From Phoronis australis (lineage: Eukaryota > Animalia > Phoronida): a stretch of DNA of 64,000 bases. The notes below the pieces were generated by a model. The model ran no database searches, was not told the origin of the DNA, and saw nothing but the letters and a program-made list of their open reading frames with translations. Positions 1 to 12,900 of this stretch are shown piece after piece (the stretch's first letter is position 1; each line of letters begins with the position of its first letter). Location: the NCBI GenBank assembly GCA_002633005.1, contig NMRA01000014.1, positions 858,955 to 922,954 on the forward strand. The letters are read 5' to 3'. The position numbers and the translations under genes were made by a program.

Positions 1-175
1 TCACTATGTCCTACTTGGTTTTGAACACAGTCTGTGTGAGTTGAGTTTGATCAATGGAAATAGATGTCAAGCTGTTTACGTCACCTTTTATTGTTCCAAA
101 GAAAGTGAAGAGCATTAGCAGGACAGTGATTAAAATGGGGAAACGTCTCCCAAAGATAAACAGAGATGTGTAGTT

Positions 176-635
176 NNNNNNNNNNNNNNNNNNNNNNNNN
201 NNNNNNNNNNNNNNNNNNNNNNNNNNNNNNNNNNNNNNNNNNNNNNNNNNNNNNNNNNNNNNNNNNNNNNNNNNNNNNNNNNNNNNNNNNNNNNNNNNNN
301 NNNNNNNNNNNNNNNNNNNNNNNNNNNNNNNNNNNNNNNNNNNNNNNNNNNNNNNNNNNNNNNNNNNNNNNNNNNNNNNNNNNNNNNNNNNNNNNNNNNN
401 NNNNNNNNNNNNNNNNNNNNNNNNNNNNNNNNNNNNNNNNNNNNNNNNNNNNNNNNNNNNNNNNNNNNNNNNNNNNNNNNNNNNNNNNNNNNNNNNNNNN
501 NNNNNNNNNNNNNNNNNNNNNNNNNNNNNNNNNNNNNNNNNNNNNNNNNNNNNNNNNNNNNNNNNNNNNNNNNNNNNNNNNNNNNNNNNNNNNNNNNNNN
601 NNNNNNNNNNNNNNNNNNNNNNNNNNNNNNNNNNN
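176..635. other. Assembly gap
   Basis: 460 consecutive N. Confidence 1.
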
Positions 636-753
636 GTAATCAACAGACAAAATGCGCAGTAATAGTGGGTGAAGTAACAACTTGAGAGTGACACAGAGAA
701 CAGAAAGTGTTCTTTGCAAATTTGACACGTATATTAAGTAAATGGAAACATAC

Positions 754-949
754 ATGAACCCCTGTCAACAGAGCTGTAAGACGATTTCATATGGATTCGA
801 TCGTTCTGGTGAAATCCTGGTTTGCAGCTGGGAAAGGTAGCCGTGCCATCAACAATACTACGGTACGACGAGCGGTCATGGGGTTTGAATTGGTTGTATG
901 GGAACTCCTCACTAGGTGTCGGGGTAGCACGGTCGATAGTAGAAGTGCT
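754..949 (-). CDS. DLG5: DLG5 linker exon
   Basis: tttcag|AGC acceptor (phase 0), STSTIDRATP...TATFP...NDRIHMKSSYSSVDRGS, T|gtatgt donor. Confidence 0.8.
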
Positions 950-3900
950 CTGAAATATTATTCCACAGTAAAGAACTGCACGGACATTGTAGTGGGCAAA
1001 GAAATACAACTGTATCTGCTTCAAGGGGAACGCAACCATTTTTGATCACATTAGCTTTAATAAGAATACAGATCCCTGGTTTTCATGGAGATAATTCTTC
1101 CTTGTTAACTACTGTTCTGCTGGTGTGTATTTACTATCCAAGGAACAATAGAATGTGATGTGGATGGCCCAGCACCAAGCAATCACTATGTCCTACTTGC
1201 TTTTGAACACAGTCTGTGTGAGTTGAGTTTGATCAATGGAAATAGATGCCAAACTAAGATGTGGGCTTTTTGCTGAGCTGTTTACGTCACCTTTTATTGT
1301 TCCAAAGAAAGCGATGAGCATTAGCAGGACAGTGATTAAAATGGGGAAACGTCTCCCAAAGATAAACAGAGACTAAAATTTAACTAAAATACTAATCTAT
1401 AATTCACTTTGCATTGGTTTAACTTAGATTTCTGCGGGTTGGCCGGTTCTGGTCTGACTGATAACTATAGAATGCAGAACTGTGTGTACTCACATGGAAC
1501 GAAGGACTAGGCGTGGCTGAGTATGGGCGGCTTGCTTTCTTCAGGTGATATGGTGTACAGTCAGTGTCCATCTCAGGAATGGACGGGTTGTGCATCAATG
1601 GTCGGGGTGCAAATGCCGACTGCGCGAGTCCACCATTGGGGCTGTAGTGTTGACTGGTGAGAGGAGCCGGTGACTGGCCACTAGGGGACACAGGCTGACT
1701 GTGAGACTGGTAGCACCGGCTAGAGCCACCCGTGGCCATGTGACCATGCGGAAGGGTGCTGGAATGAAAAACATGGTTACATTAGTTGACACATCCCGAG
1801 TAACAGTCTTCATGAAACAGTTATAAATAATGCATAACTAAGATTGTGGCTGGCATAGCAAAGCAATCCACAACACTTCTACTGAATAAGCACGTACCTG
1901 GAATAATGCGATACAGGAGATCTGACAGAGTACGTATGTTGACTGGGAGCCTGGAAAGGTTTGTTTGGGTCCCGTGGCGACAGGTGCGAGGTAGGCAATG
2001 TCCTACTAGAGCTAGGGTACATGTGAGCCGCATGTGACTCAACTTCTAAAGATATGGGCTTTTGCACACCGGGAGTGCCTGCTCTTGCATTGGCTTGTCG
2101 ACTCCTGGGCCCACCTGACTTAGGTCTGCGAGAACGAGGGTGAGGGCGCTGATAGTATTTACTGACTATTTCCATGTCTTTCTGGGAAACAATGGACATG
2201 TCAGAGGTGGGATCAGGCGTAGACGCTGTTGAATGTTGGGAGTGATGATCTATGGTACTGACTGAGCTGTCTGCAGAGAAAGACTTGTCATAGCTAGTAT
2301 AGTAGCCACTACTGGGTGTGCTGGTACCACTAGGTTTCACACTGTCACTGTCCTGTTTACCGTCTATGTTAGTAGCCTCCAGCTGCTGGGTGCCAGCGGG
2401 ACTGAACACAGACAGTTTGTTAGAGATGTCTGAGTTCTGAGGGCTGTGGCGGATAGAGGCAGCGAACGAAGAGTTATCTCTCTTAGGGGGCACGGGAGGA
2501 ACTCTGGCACGACTGTACTCATCACTCAGTTCATACTGTCCGGGGCTGTTCATATCTGGTAGGCCGGGCCGCGACTTGCGCTTCTGGCCAGCTACCATAA
2601 TTGTGCCTCCATTAGCGACCTCAACAGCTGGGGACCGATATCGTGGCCATGTACTACCAGTCTCATCACGCGAACGCTCCCTTACCGGTGCACAGGCGAC
2701 GTTGTCAGTCTGACTATAATGAATTTCAATAGCATGGTCAAGTTTTGTCAATGCATCCTCAACAGAGTTGTTCATTGGTTTTTGGCACTTGTTGAAATGC
2801 TGCTTCGCATCATCCTCAATGTCTTTCATTCTGTCAGTACTCTTATGTTTAATTTTGCGTTCAATGTACTGAGGAACATTCTTGATCTTATCTAATAGTA
2901 TTTCATATCTTGACTTTGGCTCCAGCACAATCTCCTGACTTCGTCCGTGTTTCTTTCTTGGCGTGGGACTGTCCAAACTAGTGTCAGTCTGTGAGCCACT
3001 GGAGACCAGTGCCTTAAAGCTAGATTTGCTACTGTCTGTTTCATTGGCCCACGGGCGAGCCCGCAGAGGTGCACGAGACCCAGGCTTGTCGTCAGTGACA
3101 CCAGCCAGCAGGTTACCACTGCTGCTGTTGTCAAAACTGTTCACCAGGTGGGGCGGCGGTGAACTGGATGTGGGTAAGAACTTTGAGATATGCAGAACCA
3201 GATTATCACTGCAGTCACCGATCAATTTGATGGCTTCCTTTGGAGTCATGTTCTCAACACTGTTTCCATTGATCTACAATGGATGGAGAACAACATGAGT
3301 ATAGACAATGATACAGCCGGAAACAGTTACATATTATTACTCACTAAAATATTACATCAAATTGGTAAAGTAGTGAAATGTAGATGGTACAAATACATTA
3401 CCAAGAGCAATGTGTTGATATGCACCCACATTATACAACACAAGCAGAGCATATACAAGGGATGATCATTATTTTAAACATTGCCACAAATGGAGCAATG
3501 CTAGTAAACTAGATTCTAGAGGGGAAAAGCAAGTCAACAATTCTCTCATCAATAGCAATACACCTGCACCTTCCATCATAAATCAGTTTGGAAGATAGGG
3601 AGAATGACAAAAAAGGGGAGAACGACAAAAAACAGACAAAAAAATAATAACAAGAGAAACCGAAAGCATTGATATGCACCTATAGTGCACTGAAAGCAGT
3701 ACATTTCTAGAGGTGCTTATCAGTTTCATGTCAGGTCAAGGTACACAACAAGACAGGTGTTAGGTGTCACTCAAGCTATTAGTGCCAGGTGAATCGAGAA
3801 GTACATATAGAGCACTGCTAAGTATTGAGTGGCTTTGGTAGACACAAGTGTCCAGGATCACTCCTGTACTGCTAAGTATTGACTGGCTTTGGTAGACACA

Positions 3901-6900
3901 AGTGTCCAGGATCACTCCTGTACTGCTAAGTATTGAGTGGCTTTGGTAGACACAAGTGTCCAGGATCACTCCTGTACTGCTAAGTATTGAGTGGCTTTGG
4001 TAGACACAAGTGTCCAGGATCACTCCTGTACTGCTAAGTATTGAGTGGCTTTGGTAGACACAAGTGTCCAGGCTCACTCCTGTACTGCAAAGTATTGACT
4101 GGCTTTGGTAGACACAAGTGTAAAGGCTTACTCCTGTACTGCTAAGTATTGACTGGCTTTGATAGACACAAGTGTAAAGGCTTACTCCTGTACTGCAAAG
4201 TATTGACTGGCTTTGGTAGACACAAGTGTAAAGGCTTACTCCTGTACTGCAAAGTATTGACTGGCTTTGGTAGACACAAGTGTCCAGGCTCACTCCTGTA
4301 CTGCTAAGTATTGAATGGCTTTGGTAAACACAAGTGTCCAGGCTCACTCCTGTATCGTCAACTTACACTAATGATCCTGTCACCCACAGCCAAATTTGCT
4401 TCTCTGGCAGCTACAGAGCCTTGTGAGATCCGACTGATGTACAGCCCTTGATCAACCAGGATACCTACATCTGGACATAGACAACAACATTATTACTGCG
4501 TATAGCACAAGGCTGACTATGAAATAAAATGAGCCTGACAGTGGCTTGCTTCGTCTCACTCAGCACATGGCATTTTCAAAAGCAAAAACTGTACAGCCAC
4601 AAAAAATAAAAATGTTTAGCCAAATGGCAACTTGAAAAATTACTATAATGGTAACATATTTTGTCAACACCATGAAAAGCCCCAAGATATGTACCCGGAA
4701 TTTCAGCAAAAAAACATCCCCATGTTCGCTCATGTATTACATTTGGAACATTTTCCAAAAAAGCTTGATGAACACATCTCTGAAGATACATTAATTTTAT
4801 TTGTTAAATTTAGAATTATTTTGAAATCGTACCCTTGTCGACCGATACATTAAGATTGACGTTGTGTGTAACTCGGGCACATGTCTTGCGTCTCCTGACC
4901 ACCATACTGATCACATGATCTCCTGTGCGGATGGCCTGCAGGACACTGTTCTTGTCAACACACGTCACGTCTACGTTGTTAACAGTCAACAGCTGGTCAC
5001 CCACCCTGTAGTAACATGCATATAATCTATATTAGCAAAGCATGGAAGGCAGCATTTAGGCTTTCAAGTTTGACCATGAAGTCCCTATCAAGAACCGCTT
5101 GGAAGACAGCAGTTAGTAAGCTTATGTTTGATATTAAGTCACAATCTAGTGGTTTAAAACAGGTCATACAGGGAACACATGTGAACCTTGCGCAGTACTA
5201 TATACAGTAGACATGTCCAGGTCATACAGGGAAAACTGGTCACCGTGTGCAGTACTATATACAGTAGGTATGCCTAGGTCATGCAGAATACTGGTCACCT
5301 CGTGCAGTACGATAGACAGTAGACATATCCAGGTCACACAGGGAACACTGGTCACTTTGTGCAGTACAATATACCGTAGACATATCTAGATCAAACAGAA
5401 TACTGGTCACCTTGTGTAGTACTATATACAGTAGACATGTCCAGGTCACACAGGGAACACTGGTCACTGTGTACAGTACGATATACACAAGACATATCCA
5501 GGTCACACAGGGAACACTGGGCATCTCCTCAAAGATGAACCAGCCAACACTCATAATAACATGTCTAAGCTGCTACAGTCTACTTACTTTAGTTTCCCAT
5601 CAGCCACACTACCCTTGTTAACGTGACTCACAAAGAATGAACTGTCACTAGGAAACTGTTGGTCATCCTTTCCTCCAACCAGGTCAAAGCCCAGCTCCAC
5701 ATCATCACGGCCACCCTGCAACAGTAAGAGAATCAGTCAATAGTAACATCCCCTCCAAGTGAAAGCCCAGCACACTCAGTTTATCATACAAAGGTGAGGC
5801 AAACAGCTCAGTGTAATCCCAGCTGCAAGAGTTGTCAAGGCTCATGTCTCAACAACATTTCATTATATTCTACATATTAGTGCAAACACTGCACAACTGC
5901 ACAAGTTTGCAATGGTCAGACTATTGCTACAACATGTGTTACACAGTCAGTGTGATACACAAGTTTGCAAGTGGTCTGACTAATGCACCAAGGTGTTACA
6001 GTCAGTGTGGTACACAAGCTGCACAATACTCGACTATCCTAATCGCATACATGCCTCTATTGGGTCATTTCAGTTAGAAAAATTTTCAAAAGTTACTTGA
6101 TTGGGCAGCACTGATTAGTGAACAAACTTTCAACCAATCATGTCATTCTATTTTCAAAACAGTTGATCAGCTTTAACACAAGCTATTACCAAATTATTGG
6201 TCTTTAGAAATATCAAAAGGCACAGGTCCAACAAAGAGTTGTTATGCCAAATCAATAGACTTTCTTTGTTGGTCATGCGTATGATTGTGGTAGGCAGTGC
6301 TACAGTCTAAAAGAATGAGTTACCAGATCAAACTGTAGTGTTTCCGTCTCCCACTCCTGAAGATCAGCGTCTATAGCTGAATCTCTACTATGGTTATGAC
6401 CTACAGAGTTCAGCTGTTGCTTCCTCACTTCTTTCTCAATCATGACTTCATACTTCTCCCTGAAAAAAGCAAGCAACATCAACGTGACACTCATGAGTCA
6501 AACTACGCAGTCCCAACATATTTTAAGCCATACATTTCTCCATTTTACAAGTGAAAGAATGTTACTCCAAAACACTTAAAGCCACAATGTGAATGTTATT
6601 CCAAAACACTTAAAGCCACAATGTCCTTCCATTTTAAAAGTCAAAACTACGCTGCTCCAATACACCTCAAGTCAAACTTTAAGTTCAGTTAATGCCTAAA
6701 AAGAAAATAAGAAATACACAAATTAAGCCAATGAAATTGAACGAGCCATGATATCATCGGGGTCAAAGCTGGATTTGAGACATGAACTGTGATTGGAAGA
6801 AGCAACTAAACATTTCATGACTCGTACAGTCTGGATACCCTTCGTAGCACTATGGAAATGAATTGATGTCATTGCACAGATAGTTCTTGTGCTGGTCTTG

Positions 6901-9900
6901 ATAACTGACAATTATACAAAAGAAGCAAGGAAATGACAACTTGAACAGTGTCTAAAGTTCATTAACAACTTGAACAGTGTCTAGAGTTCATTAACAACTT
7001 GAACAGTGTCTAGTGTTCATAAACCACTTGAGCATGGTCTAGTGTTCATTGACAACTTGAACAGTGTCCAGTGTTCATTAACAACTTGAATAGTGTCCAG
7101 TGTTCATTAACCACTTGAACAGTGTCTAGTGTTCATTAACAAATTGAACAGTGTCCAGTGTGGATGTCTTGAGCACACCAGTATGCTTAGTCACCTCATC
7201 CAAGAGGTTAAAATGTGTGTACCATGGATATTGAAATCATCCATCCATCACTGTCACTGTAAACTAGAGTTTAGTGATACTCCTTGATACAGTGCAATAA
7301 CAAGCCTTGACATCTTTGAGCATCACGCTCAGGTATGCTGCACTACCAAATTCAAAGAATGAAAAGAGATTATACTATTAAGAAGAATGCATAAAGTATG
7401 AGATGAATAATTATATCACCATAAGACTCAAACTGAACTGACTTGTACTCCTTCAGCTCCTTAGACGCTTCATTCTTCAGCCGCTTTAGGTCATCAGAAT
7501 CACGTAGAGCTTCTGTCAACTCATTCACTTTGAGATCACGTTCTTGACGTAGTTTATCACTAGCCTTACGCCAAGCATCCCTCTCCAACAGAGTGCGCTC
7601 ACGCTCTTTGAAGGCCCATTCTCGCTGGTCTTTCAATTCGGCCGATTCACGTAACGCCTCTAAATGTGTCAATGAACATACAGTGTAAAACACAAAGTTA
7701 CCGTTTAACAATAAAAATTAAGGTCACATAGGACCTGATCGACAAGTCTACGGACTTAGCCAAGTATCTACAAAACTAGATTTTAACTCGGTAAAAAGTC
7801 TAATTTTTATGAAACAGAAAATCTGTAGAATTTGATTTATGACTTTTAACCAATTTCCTTACTGATTGGGTCACGTGACCAGTAACATCTCACAAAAAAG
7901 AAAAGTACATCGGTAACAAAAGAACGATAAACAATACCATATGTCATTTGACATAACGTTCAACACAATATCATACAGTTTTCTAAATTATCTTTTCAAG
8001 AAAATAATAAAAGTCCTATTTTTGATAGCCCTTGTGCAAATATAGAACAGTATTTTGGAGAATGGTGCATTAAGCATAGCACCTGAAAGTTTCATATAAA
8101 TCCAAACAGCCCTTTCTGAGACATGATACTCTGGAGTTAGCCATATAACAACATTTTTTAATGCCCTACGTATCCTGAAAGTATAGAAGAGAAATACATT
8201 TTGATGTTTCACATGAAATCACAGTCAATTAGGGCAGTCCTAAAATTGGTTAAAAATCAAAATCCTGAAATTGGAAAATCACAAGATAAATTGCACAATT
8301 TGAGGTCAGTGGGGAAGAAATTACTATCCGGAGAATGTGTGTCTGATTTTGAAATATGAAAATTTTTAAAAAATGTAAATTTATGATATGTCACAAAAAT
8401 GTTTTCATTTTCGTAAAAACTGAAAATTCCTTGTTAAAGCAGTGAACACTACCGATATAAATGTTACATATTAAGATTTTGATACAGCTCCAAATAAAAT
8501 TGACCTAAAAACTGAATTTGAATAAATTTAATAAAATAACGCAGAAGGGCTGCATGAATAAAAGTTATAAGCGATTGTCTTCCAATACACAAAAAACATT
8601 AAAACATACAGGTAAATGACAAAACTGGTGTTAGCATTTGACAAAAGGATCAGATGCAAACTGCTACAACTAATTAGACAATTCCAGAACAGATCTGTAC
8701 TGACAGTAATTCTGTTTTCATATGCATTCGGGAAGCAAGATTGGGAAAGATTGATGAAACCGACAAAATCAGTTTAACAATAAAACTTCAGACATCATGA
8801 CTGACTATCTAAAGAGACAGCAATAATCAATATTATGCAGACAATTGTTTGCTTCAGCTATGCAGAGCAACCATTACTTTAGGAGTGTGACATGTGCCTT
8901 GGCGCATTTACTTTTTAAAGCTATGCAGGATCCAAGAAAAATGCTCTATTTTTGTCAGCATTGGAACATCGTATCTCAGAAATGGCTTATCCGATTCATA
9001 TGGAACTTTCAGATATGATGCTTTACACATTGTTCTCAAATATACAGTTAGGAACTGTTATTAAATGGTACATGTTTGATTGAGGAACTTTCAAAAAAAT
9101 AGGACTCGCATGCAATTTTCACAAAAAATTTGTAGTTATGTTGCATAAAACGCAAAGGAAACCATAATTTAGAAAACTGTAACAGCATTTTTAAGATTTT
9201 GAATTGAACATTGGTATATCCTGCAAAATTTGGTCGTGATATTGATCTGTTGTTTTGCTATGAATCTACCTTTCATTTTGACTAAGTTTTCCTTAAAGAG
9301 CAACATTATGTAACCTGAGTAGTGGCAGATTGGTATTAACTCAAAAATCAAATTGTATGCAAATTTTACATTCATAAAATATACACATTTACCGAGTTAA
9401 ATTCTATAGTTTTGAAGATATTTGGGCTCAATGTACAGACTTATCAATAAGGTTCTGTATAACCTCAAGTGACAAATTACAGTTAGCTTACTTAAGGCCA
9501 ACTGAAACATTAAACTTCTGGCAGGATTCAGATTTACTGAAAGTTGTGTTTAGCTAAGTTAATTACTAACTTCAAAGTGTTATCTTAATTAGCACACAAG
9601 ACTTCTTGTCCAGTGCTGTGACCCATGGGGGAACTATGATTTGAAGAAGGGACAAGCATAACTATCTTGTTCAGCTTAAGGTTACATAGGGCCTTATCAA
9701 CTTGTTGGTGTTGCTAAATATTGGCAAAACTATAGATTTTAACGCAGTTAAAGTAATTCTGAAAGTAGAAAGTCTGTAAACTTTGATTTTTGACTTTATA
9801 TTAAATACAAATCTGCTACGAATTAGGTAACATGACAGCGTCTTTCTGGTAAAAATTGGCATAAACAAAGGCCCACCAATAGCAAAACAACAGTATCAAA

Positions 9901-12900
9901 ATCATGACCAAATTTCGTTTGACATAAATGTTTAAAATGACATCTAAAAGAACTGTTACAGTTTCCCCACCTTTGTGAGTGTGCACATACCATTCAACTC
10001 TTGCTGTATCCTCTCCACCTCTTTCTTCAGACACTCCGACTCCTTACACGTGTGCTCTTCCTCAGCTTTGTCCTGCTGCGACCTCTCCAGCAAGATTTTA
10101 TCTCTTTGTTCCATTGCCTCCAACCTCTCTCGTCTCGCCGTATCTCTCTCATGAATCAACATCTCAAAGTCCTTGCAAAACTCATCCCTTTGTTTCTGAA
10201 TGTCCTCCTTCTCAGAGACAGCATCGCCATAACTTTCTCGCAAGTTGTTGATCTCCTTCACAGCATGATCACGTTCAATAATCACAGATGACAACTCACA
10301 GCGTAGATGTTCCAGTTCATTTTGTAATGTCTTTTTCTCAATTTCATGCGTTTGACTCTTCTTCATGCTGTCAGACAAACGATCTTGTAGCTGATCAATT
10401 TCTTTGAGCACTGCATCTCGTTCTGACATGATGACCTTGTATTCGCTGACGGCAGCATTCCTCTCCTCCTTCATCTGCCGCAGGTCATGCTCCACTGACA
10501 TGGCCTGCCTCAGTTGCTTCTTCAGTTTGTCTATCTCCTCCTTCAAGGACTGTTTCTCTCTAGACAGCTCCGAGCACTGGTGTATGACGCCCTTACAGTG
10601 TTGCTGTAGCAGGCTGTAGTCGTGACTTGTCTTCTCACTCTGTTTCACCAACTGTGCATTTTCCTCTTGCATCACCTCTAGCTTGACATTGAGATCAGCG
10701 TACCTTTTCCTCAGTCCATCACACTCTTTGCGGGTCTCTTCATACTTATCCAGGGCATGCTCATACATCTTGTTGATGACTTCGTTAGAGCCACTCTCAT
10801 TAATGGCTTGTCGTTGTCGCTGCAACAACTCCGCCATCTCTTGTTTGTCATCTTCTCGCAATTTTTGCAAGTCACATACTTCCTGCTCAAGACGTTTGCG
10901 TTCTGAGAGAGCTTCGCTATTCTGTGACCGTAAACCTCGCTCGTTGTGCTCCAGCTGCTCACATTTCTTCTTATAGCAGTTGGCGTCGCGCACAGCTCTG
11001 TCACACTTCTCTAGGTTATGATTGTACTTCTGGTTCAGGTCCTGTAGCTGTCTCATGGCATCCTCAAACTGCTCCTTTAGTCGATCATAATCACGGTGTT
11101 TACGGCTGTCCGAGTGTAGCGCCATCGTTTTATATTGCTCTAGTTTATTGTGCACTTTGTGCAGCTCATCGCGCACCGCTTCTCGGTCGGTTATGACAGC
11201 AGTCAGCTCGGCTCGCAATGCCTTGATATTGCTGTGCTGATCATACTCTAGTGGAGTTACGTGACGTGGTTGATATAAAGATGGGGTCACATTGTGGCAT
11301 GCTGGGTCACCTGCAATGTAATAGGAGACAGTGTTCATAATAGGTTATGGGAAGTACGTGGTACAGAGATGTGGTCAAACTGTGGCTTGCTAGCTCACCT
11401 GCAATACAATATACAACCAAGGCATTAAAGGTGTACACCCAGAAGGAGAAACACTAAAAATGACTTGGGAGGATGTAAAACAAAGATTTTTGAACCAGCA
11501 GAACAGTTGACCGGCAATACAAAGGTGAAATGACAATGAACTCTTGAAAGAGTATATTAAAGGTGTACCTTTAATCATTGCTCAGACCAAGAGTCCATTT
11601 TCCACAACATAACTCAACAGTATTCGCCTCAATCATTAATCAGTCTCGTATCTATTGGGGCACGTTTTGACTGTTGTACCTTGCAGCAGTCATATGCCCT
11701 TGTATCTGCCTTTCAATCGGAAGGGGATTTACAGTTGAAAAAAAAAGTTTCTTATGTGAACAATCGTGAAACATCCCATTTACACGCTTATCGTCCGACC
11801 CCAAATCAGAGAGCAACTCGGCCTTTTCAATGTGAGAATCCTACATTCCAACAATGTGATTTGTGGACAAGCTCTGCCTGCCTATGGTAATTCTACATGA
11901 TTGGCCAGAATATTTTACGTATTAATGTTATGCTAATTAGTCGTGATGCTTTGTGAAAACTTGCTTTAAGTTTCTGACCTGTCATTTGATGAGAGTCCTA
12001 TCTGACTTCTTATAAACACGGTATACAGTTGTCAGGAGGGAGGTGGCGTAGAGGGCAGGAGGTGGTACAGAGGGCAGTCAAGCCAACCTGAGCAGTTTGT
12101 TGAGATAACTTATTGACAAGGCAGTAGTGTGTATTGATCAGGGAACAACCAGACAGGGACGTAATATACAGTCAAGCGAAAACTGTGAGAAGCAGATCAC
12201 TTGAAAAGCAAGGGAACACTAAAAGACAGCAGATGAAACGGTAAAAATCAATTGAAATTACACGACTATTGGGGCACTTCCGTTTACTGTGAGAATACGA
12301 TCACCTTGTGCTTGTCTAACCACATCACTTCAAGTTATAATCACATCCATTAAATGAGAATGAGGTTGTCATGATAATGCAGTACAAAAACAAAACATAC
12401 TTATAGTTACTTGTACGGAAGGTGACCTTGTCAGGGCTGCGCCTGCAAACCAAGGTTTACCACTTCATATCTAACTAGTCATCCTAAAACAAGTAATCAC
12501 AATTTTGCAACATCAAACGTGGATGATGTTCATTATTTTCTGAAGCTTTAAACTTCAATGAATAGATAATTCATTCTAAAATAATTAATTTCAGTTTCAA
12601 CTGTACAACATTATTACAACTCAACTGTCATGTTTTAATATTTCCATATGCATGATTTATTACTACTCTGCCTATGACGGATTTGAAGATAATCCATGCG
12701 AATGTTGTCAGCACTCTGGTTATCAGAGCTGAGTTTGACGTGACCAAAGGGTTGTGTTTTCCTATTCCCATTTTCAAAACCTATTCCCTCCTAAATTGCG
12801 CAATCGACAACATTTGCAAGGCAGACGATATCCCAAAACGCCAAGCCACAAGTGTGAGGCCAACAGAACATCTCCAAAACATAAAATGAGGTGGTTTAGC

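Larger units (their letters stand above)
1..1372. repeat. Direct repeat: 1-166 matches 1183-1372 across the gap
   Basis: tcactatgtcctacttg...gataaacagaga occurs twice; the second copy has an extra segment of about 24 nt. Confidence 0.85.

Noticed and set aside
11-755. ORFs 11..694, 81..755 and 166..639
   Set aside because: Artefacts of the N gap.
3760-4347. 195-aa repetitive ORF (TCVYQSHSILSSTGV repeats)
   Set aside because: Translation of an intronic minisatellite; the DLG5 exons splice across it in frame.
3814-7162. Possible CRISPR-like arrays
   Set aside because: Contiguous tandem units with no unique spacers, no cas genes, eukaryotic intron context.
9979-11196. Plus-strand ORFs overlapping the large exons (also 46033-46445 and 56915-57700)
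   Set aside because: Antisense shadows of real minus-strand exons.
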